In this document: positions 8,293-17,293 of the stretch, one piece after another
Layout of the letters: each line of letters begins with the position of its first letter
Numbering within the stretch: position 1 is the first letter of the stretch
NCBI GenBank assembly: GCA_964595665.1
Contig: CAZQQS010000002.1
Span: 1-32,000, forward strand
Direction: 5' to 3'
Source: an uncultured archaeon
Lineage (GTDB): Archaea; Iainarchaeota; Iainarchaeia; Iainarchaeales; 0-14-0-20-30-16
Length of the DNA stretch: 32,000 nucleotides
Position numbers and translations under genes: made by a program
Notes under the pieces: generated by a model
The model's input: only the letters and a program-made list of their open reading frames with translations
What the model was told of the DNA's origin: nothing
Databases searched by the model: none

Positions 8293-9363
8293 TTATTTGA
8301 AAGGAATAGCAATAAACAAATTACCATAGTGTTCTTTACCTTCAGCACCAGCTTTCATTTGATAACCAACAGAAATTATTATTGTAGCGTTCCCCGCAGG
8401 AATTACATTATCAATATTAAATTCAACTATATCGTATTTTTGAGTTACTCCAGCTAAAGCTTTCAAAGATAAATTTCTTAAGTAAGGATTATCAATAAAT
8501 TTTCCAAAATTAAATTTTCCACCTAATTGAACATCAAAATTCTTTGGATCTTTTAAATCCATTTTAATATATTCTGCAACTGCTGTAAAATATTGTGTTA
8601 CACTTTGTTCTAACATTAAAGCTCCCCAAAATTTATCTGGATTTTGTAAATTAAATCCTTTTGCACTTAATGTTGTTCCTTCTTTAGGAGTAAATACTGC
8701 ACCAACAGTCCAACTATTCTTTTGACCTTTTGCAAAACCAGTTCCAACAGCTAATTTTATAGTTTTATTTCCTGCGGCTAAAACAACATCAGTAACCCAA
8801 TTATTTTTTTGACCAACTCTAATTAATTTTACCCCTGGTTCAATAGAAAAACTCAATTTACCTAATTCACCAATAGGAATTCCAAAACTTGTTTTTGTTA
8901 AAGTATATTCAGGATTAACTGAACCCTCTGTATAGTGTTTTACTGTTGGGTTTGTGGCTAAAGGTGCTGCACCAGGCATAGTATCAGCTTTAGCTTGAAT
9001 TGGAGCAGATAATAAAAATAATCCTAACACTGCTTTTGCAAAACCTTTACCAAAAATAGTTCTATATTTTGAAGGATTTGCTGAAACTCTTTCTAAAATA
9101 ATTGCTGCTTGGTTAGGAGTCCTAGTTTTTGCAAATTCTTTTGCAAATGTTCTCGCAGAAGATAAATCTAAAGTTGAAACAAAATCTAAAGCTGATTTAA
9201 ATGTAGTTACATCTTTAGAAGAATTTGTTCTTTTAATATCTTTTACTTTTAAATTTCTTTCTCTCATTTGCCTATCTCTTCTTTTAGCACCTTTATCACT
9301 TCTTGCTAAAGTTTTATTTGATTCTCCTTTTTTAATTGTAACATGAATTCCTCTAACAGCCAT
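8293..9363 (-). CDS. Membrane-anchored protein: basic N-terminal domain, one hydrophobic anchor, beta-strand-rich porin-like C-terminal domain
   Basis: ATG at 9363 follows GGTGA with a 6-nt spacer. Residues 1-110 are Lys/Arg-rich. AVLGLFLLSAPIQAKA-D is a signal-anchor-like segment at about residue 110-127. The remaining ~230 aa are alternating amphipathic strands separated by G/N/K/P turns, ending HYGNLFIAIPFK. Confidence 0.6.
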   Translation of the reverse strand: MAVRGIHVTIKKGESNKTLARSDKGAKRRDRQMRERNLKVKDIKRTNSSKDVTTFKSALDFVSTLDLSSARTFAKEFAKTRTPNQAAIILERVSANPSKYRTIFGKGFAKAVLGLFLLSAPIQAKADTMPGAAPLATNPTVKHYTEGSVNPEYTLTKTSFGIPIGELGKLSFSIEPGVKLIRVGQKNNWVTDVVLAAGNKTIKLAVGTGFAKGQKNSWTVGAVFTPKEGTTLSAKGFNLQNPDKFWGALMLEQSVTQYFTAVAEYIKMDLKDPKNFDVQLGGKFNFGKFIDNPYLRNLSLKALAGVTQKYDIVEFNIDNVIPAGNATIIISVGYQMKAGAEGKEHYGNLFIAIPFK

Positions 9364-9408
9364 TAAAAATCACCATATAAATTAAGCAGAATTGTTTTTA
9401 TATGGTTA

Positions 9409-10155
9409 TCATAAATTTAATTCTTTTAATTTTTTAATTTCTGGTAATTTTAACAAACCTAATTCATTATCAATTGCAATTACTTTTAAATCTTCAAAAT
9501 TTACTAATTTTTTTAATATTGGACTCAATAAATCTTTTTGCTCTTGCAAATTAATCTCTGAATTTGCACTTAATGGAGAAAAACTTGGCAACACTATAAA
9601 ATTTTTATTCTCCAAAGTTTTACCATACAAAAAACAAGGTAATTTGAATTTTTCAAACCCCTCTCTTAATACTATTCCGGGTTGCTCATGTCCTATAATT
9701 AAAGTAGTATATTTTTCTGAATTTGTTTTAGGAAATGCGTGCCCATGAATAAATAAATATTCGTCAATTAACGCCTCATCAACAATTCTAATTTGATATT
9801 TATTTAAAATATTTTGCAAAAAATTATCATGATTACCTTTTACAATAATTATTGTTTTTACATAATTTAAAACTTCAGCAATAAAAAAAGTTATATCATT
9901 CCATTCTTGATTTGCAGCTAAAGAAAAGTCGTGTTTAAAATCTCCATTAATTAATAATTTCTCTGCTTTAGTTTCTTTTAATATCTTTACTAAGTTTTCA
10001 GTCATTAATTTAGTTTGAAATTGAGGAACAAATAATCCTTTTGTTGCAAAATAAGATTCTTGTCCAATTTGTAAATCAGACACAACCAACAATTTTAGAT
10101 CTTCAAAATATAATGCTTTATCAATTGCTTTAATTTTAGAAAAAATTTCAATCAT
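9409..10155 (-). CDS. Calcineurin-like metallophosphoesterase (Lhr-associated MPE/PdeM-like nuclease)
   Basis: Metallophosphoesterase motifs are VVSDLQIG, INGDFKHD, VKGNHDN, FIHGHAFP and IIGHEQP. Its start codon overlaps the lhr stop by 1 nt (TAATG). Confidence 0.8.
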   Translation of the reverse strand: MIEIFSKIKAIDKALYFEDLKLLVVSDLQIGQESYFATKGLFVPQFQTKLMTENLVKILKETKAEKLLINGDFKHDFSLAANQEWNDITFFIAEVLNYVKTIIIVKGNHDNFLQNILNKYQIRIVDEALIDEYLFIHGHAFPKTNSEKYTTLIIGHEQPGIVLREGFEKFKLPCFLYGKTLENKNFIVLPSFSPLSANSEINLQEQKDLLSPILKKLVNFEDLKVIAIDNELGLLKLPEIKKLKELNL

Positions 10156-12788
10156 TAATTACCAACTCTATCAATAATCTTTTTATGTAAATCTAATAAT
10201 ACTTTTTTTCTATCATCCATTAAAACAATATCTGCATCAGATAATACTAATAAATTGTGTGCAAACGGACTTGCCAAATTACTCTCTTGTAAAACCTCTA
10301 ATTTAATTTCATTATTCTTTATTTTATTTAAAATATTTATTGCACTATCAATATCCATATAATCTTGCATTATTTCTCTAAAAGTTTCATCAACTATTGG
10401 GAAATTCTCGATAGCATCACAAATTTTAAATAATCTATCGGCAGACATTTGTTGTCTTCCTGCAGGATTTTCATAACCTTTATAATTTCTTAATATCATT
10501 AAAGATCTTGAAGCTACGTGTCTAAATTTTCTTTTTAATAATTCAGTTTGTTTTAATGCTAATCTTAAAATTCCATAAAAATTATCTTCTCTTAAAGATT
10601 TAAATAATTCATATGGGGATGTAAATAAATTATCTCGGGCATGAACTGTCAAAATAAAACCATTATCATTTATTGTAATAGGAATACTTCGCCCCAAATT
10701 TCTTGACAAAACAAACCCTAATGCTCTGGATAAAGCATCATTTACTCTTCTACCATATAACGCGTGAAAAATAAAATTTTTATTTCCGCCTTCATCGATA
10801 TATGTTTCTACTAATAAAGTTTTATTACTTGGATAAGATTTTGCTTTTACAGAATCTAAAAACTTTTGTTGATAATAAAAATAATCGCTTATTGCTTTTG
10901 CAGCATGTTCATCAATAGGATAATTTTTTGTTAAATAATTTTTAACATCACTTTTAGATTTTAATTTATTTAATTTAAAAATATCATCTCTAAATTTTCC
11001 GATTTCTAAAGCCAAATCATGATTCAAAGGTAATTGTTCTGAAAACCACGAAGGCACAGTAGGCTTTTTATCTTTTAACGGAATAACCATCGCAGTCATA
11101 CCTAAAGAACGAGAAAATTGATAACTCTTACCAGCTAAAACAAAAATATCTCCTTTTGATAATCTTCCCAAAAATTCTTCTTCTATTGTACCTACATTAT
11201 CTCCTTTAGTAGTTTTTACTTTTACTTTAACTTCATCAGGAATTGTTCCAATGTTCATTGAGTAAATCATTCGAGCTAATCTTCCTCGCTTTCCAAATTG
11301 TCCCAATAATTCATCATACCAAATTTTGCCATAAACATGTTTTTCTTCTAAAGAATGATATTCTCCTGACAAATATTTTATTACTCTCATGTATGTTTCA
11401 TAATCTAAATCTTTATAACAATAAGATTTTTTTATTAAGTCAAATGCATCTTTCAAATACCATTTATTTTCTAAGCTCATTCCAACTATTTGTTGTGATA
11501 AAACATCCAAAGCATTTTTCACAATATAAATTCTATCTAACCAATATTCAGACGCTTTATTAAACATCACAGTTGTTTCAATTAAATCATCTCTATCCAA
11601 ACAAATAATTCTTCCTTTAGATGTTTGATGTAATTTATGGTTACTTCTACCTACTCTTTGCAAACCTCTTGCAACACTTTTAGGGGAGCCAATTTGTATT
11701 ACTAAATCTACATATCCAATATCAATTCCCAATTCTAAACTTGTTGAACTTACTATAACTTTTAATTTTCCTTCTTTTAATTTTGTTTCTAAATCCAATC
11801 TTGTTCCTTTTGCAACACTTGAATGATGTGCACCAATATCATCTTCACTATAAGTTTCTGGAAAAGTTTCTTTTAAATGATGGACAATTCTTTCAGTTCC
11901 ACTTCTTGTATTTGTAAAAATTAAAGTTGTTGTGTGTGTCCTAATCATTTTATCTAAGTATTCATATAAATTAGAATTAATTTCTTCTGCATCAGTATAT
12001 AATAAATCTTGTACAGGACTTAAAATCTTGATATCTATTTTCTTTGAAAATCTACCATCTACGATTATACAATCTCTAGGCTCATTATTTTCTTCACCAA
12101 CCAAATATTTAGCAACTTCTTCCAAAGGCTCGATTGTTGCTCCTAAACCAATTCTAATTAATTTTCCTTCTGTTAAGTTTTGCAAACGTTCCAAACTCAA
12201 AGATAAGTGCACCCCTCTTTTGGAATTTGCTAATTCATGAATTTCATCAATTACAATATATTTTACATTTTTTAGTTTTTCTTTAAATTTTAATGTGCTT
12301 AATAATATTGCTAATGTTTCTGGTGTAGTGCATAAAATATGTGGGGGTTTTCTCAATTGTTTTGCTCTTTCTTTTGCTTCTGTATCCCCAGTTCTTATTC
12401 CTACTCTAACATCTAATTTTAGTTTATATTTTTTCTTTGCCAAATCTTCAATTTCATCTAATGGCTCTAAAAGATTTCTGTTAATATCATTAATCAAAGC
12501 TTTCAAGGGGCTAATATATATACAATATACTTCTTCTTTCAATTCTTTTTTTTCTGATTTTTTAAATAAGTCATTTAATATTGCTCCAAAAGCAGAAATT
12601 GTTTTTCCTGATCCTGTAGGAGCCGTTACCAAAGTGTTTTTTCCTAAATGAATAGAAGGTATAGATAGCTTTTGTGGAGGCGTAAACAATTTAAATTTGC
12701 CAATAAACCAATCTTTTACATATGGTCTAAATAAAGCAAATACTTCCTCGTCTTTAGGAGCCTTGTCTACAGAAACACTTTTGATCAT
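10155..12788 (-). CDS. lhr: Lhr-type large SF2 DEXH-box helicase
   Basis: Walker A TAPTGSGKT, DEIH box VIDEIHEL, SSTSLELGIDIG and motif VI QRVGRSNH are present. A long Lhr-like C-terminal domain (about 450 aa) follows. Total length is 877 aa. Confidence 0.88.
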   Translation of the reverse strand: MIKSVSVDKAPKDEEVFALFRPYVKDWFIGKFKLFTPPQKLSIPSIHLGKNTLVTAPTGSGKTISAFGAILNDLFKKSEKKELKEEVYCIYISPLKALINDINRNLLEPLDEIEDLAKKKYKLKLDVRVGIRTGDTEAKERAKQLRKPPHILCTTPETLAILLSTLKFKEKLKNVKYIVIDEIHELANSKRGVHLSLSLERLQNLTEGKLIRIGLGATIEPLEEVAKYLVGEENNEPRDCIIVDGRFSKKIDIKILSPVQDLLYTDAEEINSNLYEYLDKMIRTHTTTLIFTNTRSGTERIVHHLKETFPETYSEDDIGAHHSSVAKGTRLDLETKLKEGKLKVIVSSTSLELGIDIGYVDLVIQIGSPKSVARGLQRVGRSNHKLHQTSKGRIICLDRDDLIETTVMFNKASEYWLDRIYIVKNALDVLSQQIVGMSLENKWYLKDAFDLIKKSYCYKDLDYETYMRVIKYLSGEYHSLEEKHVYGKIWYDELLGQFGKRGRLARMIYSMNIGTIPDEVKVKVKTTKGDNVGTIEEEFLGRLSKGDIFVLAGKSYQFSRSLGMTAMVIPLKDKKPTVPSWFSEQLPLNHDLALEIGKFRDDIFKLNKLKSKSDVKNYLTKNYPIDEHAAKAISDYFYYQQKFLDSVKAKSYPSNKTLLVETYIDEGGNKNFIFHALYGRRVNDALSRALGFVLSRNLGRSIPITINDNGFILTVHARDNLFTSPYELFKSLREDNFYGILRLALKQTELLKRKFRHVASRSLMILRNYKGYENPAGRQQMSADRLFKICDAIENFPIVDETFREIMQDYMDIDSAINILNKIKNNEIKLEVLQESNLASPFAHNLLVLSDADIVLMDDRKKVLLDLHKKIIDRVGN

Positions 12789-12854
12789 ATTCTCACAACA
12801 CTATAAAAAAAATAAAATTAGTATATATTATATAGAAGGAAAAAGAATAAGAAC

Positions 12855-13766
12855 TTAATCCTTCAAAGTATAAACTTTTAATTCTTCTCCGATAATGGAG
12901 TTTTTGAAGATTCTTTTTGCTTCTTTTTGCATTGAACTTAAATCATGATAACGAGCACTAAAATTCATTAAAACTAAAGATTTAACATTAGCTTGCTTTG
13001 CAATATTTGCAACATCTGTTACTACTGAATGCTTGTGCTTTTTTGCTTGCAATCTATCTTGCTCTAAAAACATAGATTCATGAAATAATAAATCCAAATC
13101 TTTAATAAATTCAGAATAATTTTTATCATTTAAATCTACAATATACCCCAAAGATTTACCCTTCTTAACAAAAGTATAATCCATTACCATATCTGGAGTA
13201 ATAATTTTATTATTATATTTGACTTTTTTTCCAGCTTTTAATTCAGAATACAAATTACTTTCGGGCAACCCTAAAGCAATAGCTCTTTCTTTAACAAATT
13301 TTCCAATTATATCTTTTTCTTTCATTACAAAACCATAATTTTCTATTCCGTGTCTAAAATGTTTTGCGTGTATTTCATATTTATCATTTGAATAAACTAA
13401 ACCCTCTTTTAATTCTTTGTAAATAATTTTAAATAAGGGTTTAATTTCAAATAATTTTAATATATTATTTATTCGAGTTCTTACACCTTTAGGACCAAAA
13501 ATATGTAAATCATTAGTTCTGCTATTAAGAGACATTGTTGCTATTAAACCTGGTAAACCTAAAAAATGATCTGCATGAAAATGAGATATAAAAATTTTAG
13601 ATATGTCCATATAACTATAAACACTTTTCATTAATTGTTGTTGGGAACTTTCTCCACAATCAAATAATATTAATTCTGCATCATATTTTACTGCTAAAGA
13701 AGAATGATTCCTATCATTTACTGGAACAGAACTACTTATCCCTAAAAGACTAGCATTAAATGTCAT
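12855..13766 (-). CDS. rnz: Ribonuclease Z (tRNA 3' endonuclease)
   Basis: Metallo-beta-lactamase motif ISHFHADHFLGLPGLI (HxHxDH) and the C-terminal KHSVVTDVANIAKQANVKSLVLMNFSARY are typical of short-form RNase Z. Length is 303 aa. Confidence 0.88.
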   Translation of the reverse strand: MTFNASLLGISSSVPVNDRNHSSLAVKYDAELILFDCGESSQQQLMKSVYSYMDISKIFISHFHADHFLGLPGLIATMSLNSRTNDLHIFGPKGVRTRINNILKLFEIKPLFKIIYKELKEGLVYSNDKYEIHAKHFRHGIENYGFVMKEKDIIGKFVKERAIALGLPESNLYSELKAGKKVKYNNKIITPDMVMDYTFVKKGKSLGYIVDLNDKNYSEFIKDLDLLFHESMFLEQDRLQAKKHKHSVVTDVANIAKQANVKSLVLMNFSARYHDLSSMQKEAKRIFKNSIIGEELKVYTLKD

Positions 13767-13810
13767 AAAATAATATATAAGTATAAATTTATATGTGTTT
13801 ATACTTTAGT
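13767..13810. promoter_or_regulatory. Divergent promoter region between rnz and the PIN-CCA gene
   Basis: A 44-bp spacer, AAATAATATATAAGTATAAATTTATATGTG..., has TATA-like boxes readable on both strands. The spacing implies very short or leaderless 5' ends. Confidence 0.3.
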
Positions 13811-15394
13811 ATGCAAATTAAAGTTTTTGATACTTCGGCTTTCTTAAATAGGTTTAACTTTCAGGATTTTTCTGAAATTTATACTACTAATTCAGTAATT
13901 AATGAAATCTTAAGCTCAGAAAACAAATTTATCTTTGAAAATTTAATTTCACAAAAAAAAATTAAAATTCAAGACCCAAAAAAAGAAACAATTATCAATA
14001 TGAAAAAAAAATGCCCTAAAAGCTTATCTAAAACAGATATAGAAATATTATCTTTAGCTTATGAATTAAAGGCAGAATTACATACAGATGATTATATGCT
14101 AAGAAAGATTGCAAATGATTTTAAATTAAAAATTAAAGAAACATTATACGATATAAAATTAGATTTAGATAAAATTTATAATAAAATAAAACCATCTGAG
14201 AAAGAATTAAAGGATATTGAAAATATAAAAAATGAAATAATCCCCAAAATTGAAACTTATGCTAAAAAAAATAAAATTCCTTTGAAAAAAGTTTTATTAG
14301 CTGGTTCAAGTGCGCGAGGCACTTTTATCCACAATAGCAAAGATATGGATATATTTTTATTATTTGATTTATCTTTAGACATTAATGAAATAAAAGAGCT
14401 AAATGAATCAATATTAAAAAATGTTTTCCAAAACTTAGAATTTAAAGAAGAATATGGTGAGCACCCCTACTTAAAAACTAATTACAAAAATCAAAATATA
14501 GATTTTGTTCCAGGATTCTATATAAAAAATATAAAAAATAAAAAATCCTCAGTAGATAGAACACCTTTACATTTAGAATTTTTAAACAAACATCAAGATA
14601 AAGAAATAAAAAAACAAGTTATTTTATTAAAACAATTTTTGAAAAATAATTTATTGTATGGAGCAGACCAAAAAAATAATGGTTTTTCAGGATATTTAAC
14701 TGAACTATTTATCTTAAAATACAAAACATTTGAAAACTGCTTAAAAGTATTCGCAAAAATTGAAGATAATAAAAAAATAACTTTAACTGATTTTCCCAAG
14801 AAAAAATTCGATGATTATTTAATATTTATTGATCCTACAGATATAAATAGAAATGTTGCTTCAGCAGTTTCTAAAAAAAATTGGGCAATATTAGAAAAAA
14901 TATCCAAAGATTATTTAGAAAACAAAAGTGAAAGTTTCTTTTTTAAAAGCTATTATAATTCAGATTTAACTAATAACATTACTTTTTCAATAAATGTTGA
15001 TGCTAATACTTTAGATACTAATTGGGGCATAATTAAAAGTATTGCAAATAAACTAAGAAATGAGTTGAATAATAAAAACTACAATATTGAAAAATATTCT
15101 GGAATATATTCTAATGAATTAGGATATGTAATATTACAAAGTAAATTAAAGAATACTTTAAGAGGCCCATTAACAACAGATAAAAAAAATGCAAAAGCAT
15201 TCTTAAAAAAACATCCTAAAGCATTTGAAAAGAATAAACAATTATATTGTGATATAAAATTCACTAAAAAAGATATAATTGATTATACTAAAAAAGTGTT
15301 TAAGAAAAATTATCCTAAATTAAAGATAAAACTCGCAAATATTAGCGAAATAAATGACTTAAATAGAGTAAAAAAGGACTTTTTTGACTTTTAA
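13811..15394 (+). CDS. cca: Fusion protein: N-terminal Nob1-type PIN nuclease domain plus archaeal class I CCA-adding enzyme
   Basis: Residues 1-120 carry PIN features: VFDTSAFL, NEIL, SKTDIEILSLAYELKAELHTDDYMLRKIANDFKLKI. Residues ~125-527 are colinear with archaeal CCA-adding enzymes as I recall them (GSSARGTFIHNSKDMDIFLLF, GEHPYL, VDRTPLHLEFL, GFSGYLTELFIL, DPTDINRNVASAV). It is one uninterrupted frame. ATG at 13811 is preferred over 13793. Confidence 0.85.
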   Translation: MQIKVFDTSAFLNRFNFQDFSEIYTTNSVINEILSSENKFIFENLISQKKIKIQDPKKETIINMKKKCPKSLSKTDIEILSLAYELKAELHTDDYMLRKIANDFKLKIKETLYDIKLDLDKIYNKIKPSEKELKDIENIKNEIIPKIETYAKKNKIPLKKVLLAGSSARGTFIHNSKDMDIFLLFDLSLDINEIKELNESILKNVFQNLEFKEEYGEHPYLKTNYKNQNIDFVPGFYIKNIKNKKSSVDRTPLHLEFLNKHQDKEIKKQVILLKQFLKNNLLYGADQKNNGFSGYLTELFILKYKTFENCLKVFAKIEDNKKITLTDFPKKKFDDYLIFIDPTDINRNVASAVSKKNWAILEKISKDYLENKSESFFFKSYYNSDLTNNITFSINVDANTLDTNWGIIKSIANKLRNELNNKNYNIEKYSGIYSNELGYVILQSKLKNTLRGPLTTDKKNAKAFLKKHPKAFEKNKQLYCDIKFTKKDIIDYTKKVFKKNYPKLKIKLANISEINDLNRVKKDFFDF

Positions 15395-15433
15395 TGTAGA
15401 AAACTATATATATTTCTTAAAGGTAATATTATT

Positions 15434-16234
15434 ATGTCAAATTTATTTGATATTAACAATTATACTGATGAACAAGAAATATTAAGAGAGATATCTAATT
15501 TTGAAAATAAATTGAAAAAGTGTAAAAATCCTATAAAACAAAAAGAATTACAAAATAATATCTACTTATTAAAAAGAGCACTGCAATCTATTTATTCTTT
15601 AGACCCAAAAAAATTACAATATAGAATAGATGATTTGCAAAAGTCTTTAATTAAAGAAAGAAATAATAATCAAGAATCAAAAATATTGGCAAATTATTTA
15701 AAATTTTTAGTAAATAAAAATATTGAAAAAATACAACACCAAAATATGGGTGAATTAAAGGAGTTAGTATCTCAAGATTCAATAGATTTTGATATGGTTC
15801 TAGAAAAAATTAAACCTAAAAATTATTCTTATACTAAGAATTATATGAAAGCAATTGAAAATTGGTATGAATTATTAGATGATGATTTTGAGATAATAAC
15901 TCAAAATATCCCTAATTTTACGCTAAATGCAAAAGAAATATTACAATTAAAATCAGGAACACAAGCAGATATTTGTATTTTAACTTGTGCAATAATGCAC
16001 AAATTAGGAGATTATGCTGCAAAAGTAAATTGTGCAGAATTAAATGATTTTGAAATAATTTATTTTGTACAAACACAATATAAGAAAAAGACTTTAATAT
16101 TTGATTTCTTTCATTCTATGAATTATAATGATTTTTATAACCTCGAAGAAAAGGTTTTTGACAAGTATAAACCAAATAGTAAAACCATTAGAAAAATAAA
16201 ATTTAGCTTTAATGCATTTGATTATGAATCATAA
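15434..16234 (+). CDS. Hypothetical soluble protein: coiled-coil N-terminus and a possible transglutaminase-like C-terminal core
   Basis: It has no TM segment or signal peptide. The C-terminal LKSGTQADICILTCAIMHKLGDYAAKV loosely resembles the Cys-containing helix of transglutaminase-like cysteine proteases, but no clear His/Asp partners are seen. Its end overlaps the first pilin-like gene. Confidence 0.5.
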   Translation: MSNLFDINNYTDEQEILREISNFENKLKKCKNPIKQKELQNNIYLLKRALQSIYSLDPKKLQYRIDDLQKSLIKERNNNQESKILANYLKFLVNKNIEKIQHQNMGELKELVSQDSIDFDMVLEKIKPKNYSYTKNYMKAIENWYELLDDDFEIITQNIPNFTLNAKEILQLKSGTQADICILTCAIMHKLGDYAAKVNCAELNDFEIIYFVQTQYKKKTLIFDFFHSMNYNDFYNLEEKVFDKYKPNSKTIRKIKFSFNAFDYES

Positions 16235-16691
16235 AGGTTTTTTTGCAACGATTATAATTGCATTAATTATATCTATGATCATTCTGTTTGTTGGATTAAA
16301 TGTTAAAACCTTAAATGCAGAAACTAATTTTTTTGAAAATATTCTAGCAACAAAAGAATTAGAATTTAAGAGAAATACTTTTGAATATAATTTATATTAC
16401 TTATTAAAATATAATTTGGATACGAGCTCTAAAGAAAGTCAAGATTTAGATTTAGTTAAAGGAAAAATAGATTTAATATTACTTAATTATTTAATAGAAA
16501 ATGAATTTTATTCTATACCCATAACAAGCTTATTAATAAAAATTGTTGATTGTATCCCTAATGATTGTGTATATTATAGCTATTCAATATTGTCTTCAAT
16601 TAAAAAAAATATCACTTACAAAAATAAAGAAATTACAATAGGAATCCCTTTAAATTATACCATATCTAATGTGGTGATAATTAATGAATAA
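16224..16691 (+). CDS. Type IV pilin-like protein 1 (class III signal peptide)
   Basis: The N-terminus is MNHKG/FFATIIIALIISMIILFVGL. A C-terminal Cys pair is DCIPNDC. The start overlaps the upstream gene by 11 nt. Confidence 0.7.
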   Translation: MNHKGFFATIIIALIISMIILFVGLNVKTLNAETNFFENILATKELEFKRNTFEYNLYYLLKYNLDTSSKESQDLDLVKGKIDLILLNYLIENEFYSIPITSLLIKIVDCIPNDCVYYSYSILSSIKKNITYKNKEITIGIPLNYTISNVVIINE

Positions 16692-16929
16692 AGGGCAAAT
16701 ATCCATCGCACTTTTAATTAGTTTAATATTAATTCTAAGTATATTTGCAATATTCCTAACAAAATTAAAAGACTTAAATAAATTAAATATAGAATTAGAA
16801 CAAAAAAATAATAACAATCTTACACGAATTAATAATATTGAGAATAGTTTTAACATTAAAAAAATTAACAATATTAATCAACCATATATTTTACAGCAGG
16901 ATGTAGATTATGAAAATCATTACGAATAA
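16684..16929 (+). CDS. Type IV pilin-like protein 2 (class III signal peptide), short with an Asn-rich tail
   Basis: The N-terminus is MNKG/QISIALLISLILILSIFAIFL. It shares an ATGAATAA overlap with the upstream stop. Confidence 0.7.
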   Translation: MNKGQISIALLISLILILSIFAIFLTKLKDLNKLNIELEQKNNNNLTRINNIENSFNIKKINNINQPYILQQDVDYENHYE

Positions 16930-17293
16930 AGCACAAATATTAATCGACTTGCCAATTGTAATTTTAACAATAATCCTTTGCTTTGTATTATTTTTTCAGA
17001 TATATGAAATAAAAAAATATAATAATTTTTTAGAATTGATAACTATAACAGAAAATGCAATTACTAAGAAAAACTCTAAAATTGGATTTGTTAACTATGG
17101 GGAAACAAAAACATTACATTCGAATGTTATTTCGGAAATTAGATTAGAAGATCCAATAAAAAGAATTACAATTTATGATTATAATTCTAAAATTTATGAA
17201 CAAGGAATTCATTGCGAAAAAGAAATAAATATCTCTAGAGGAGTAATTTATGAAAATAAAATTTCTAAAATCATATTCACATTTTGCAAATAA
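16910..17293 (+). CDS. Type IV pilin-like protein 3 (class III signal peptide)
   Basis: The N-terminus is MKIITNKA/QILIDLPIVILTIILCFVLFF, with Asp at +5. Outside the TM segment there is a Cys pair (IHCEKE ... FTFCK). It overlaps the upstream gene by 20 nt. Confidence 0.65.
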   Translation: MKIITNKAQILIDLPIVILTIILCFVLFFQIYEIKKYNNFLELITITENAITKKNSKIGFVNYGETKTLHSNVISEIRLEDPIKRITIYDYNSKIYEQGIHCEKEINISRGVIYENKISKIIFTFCK

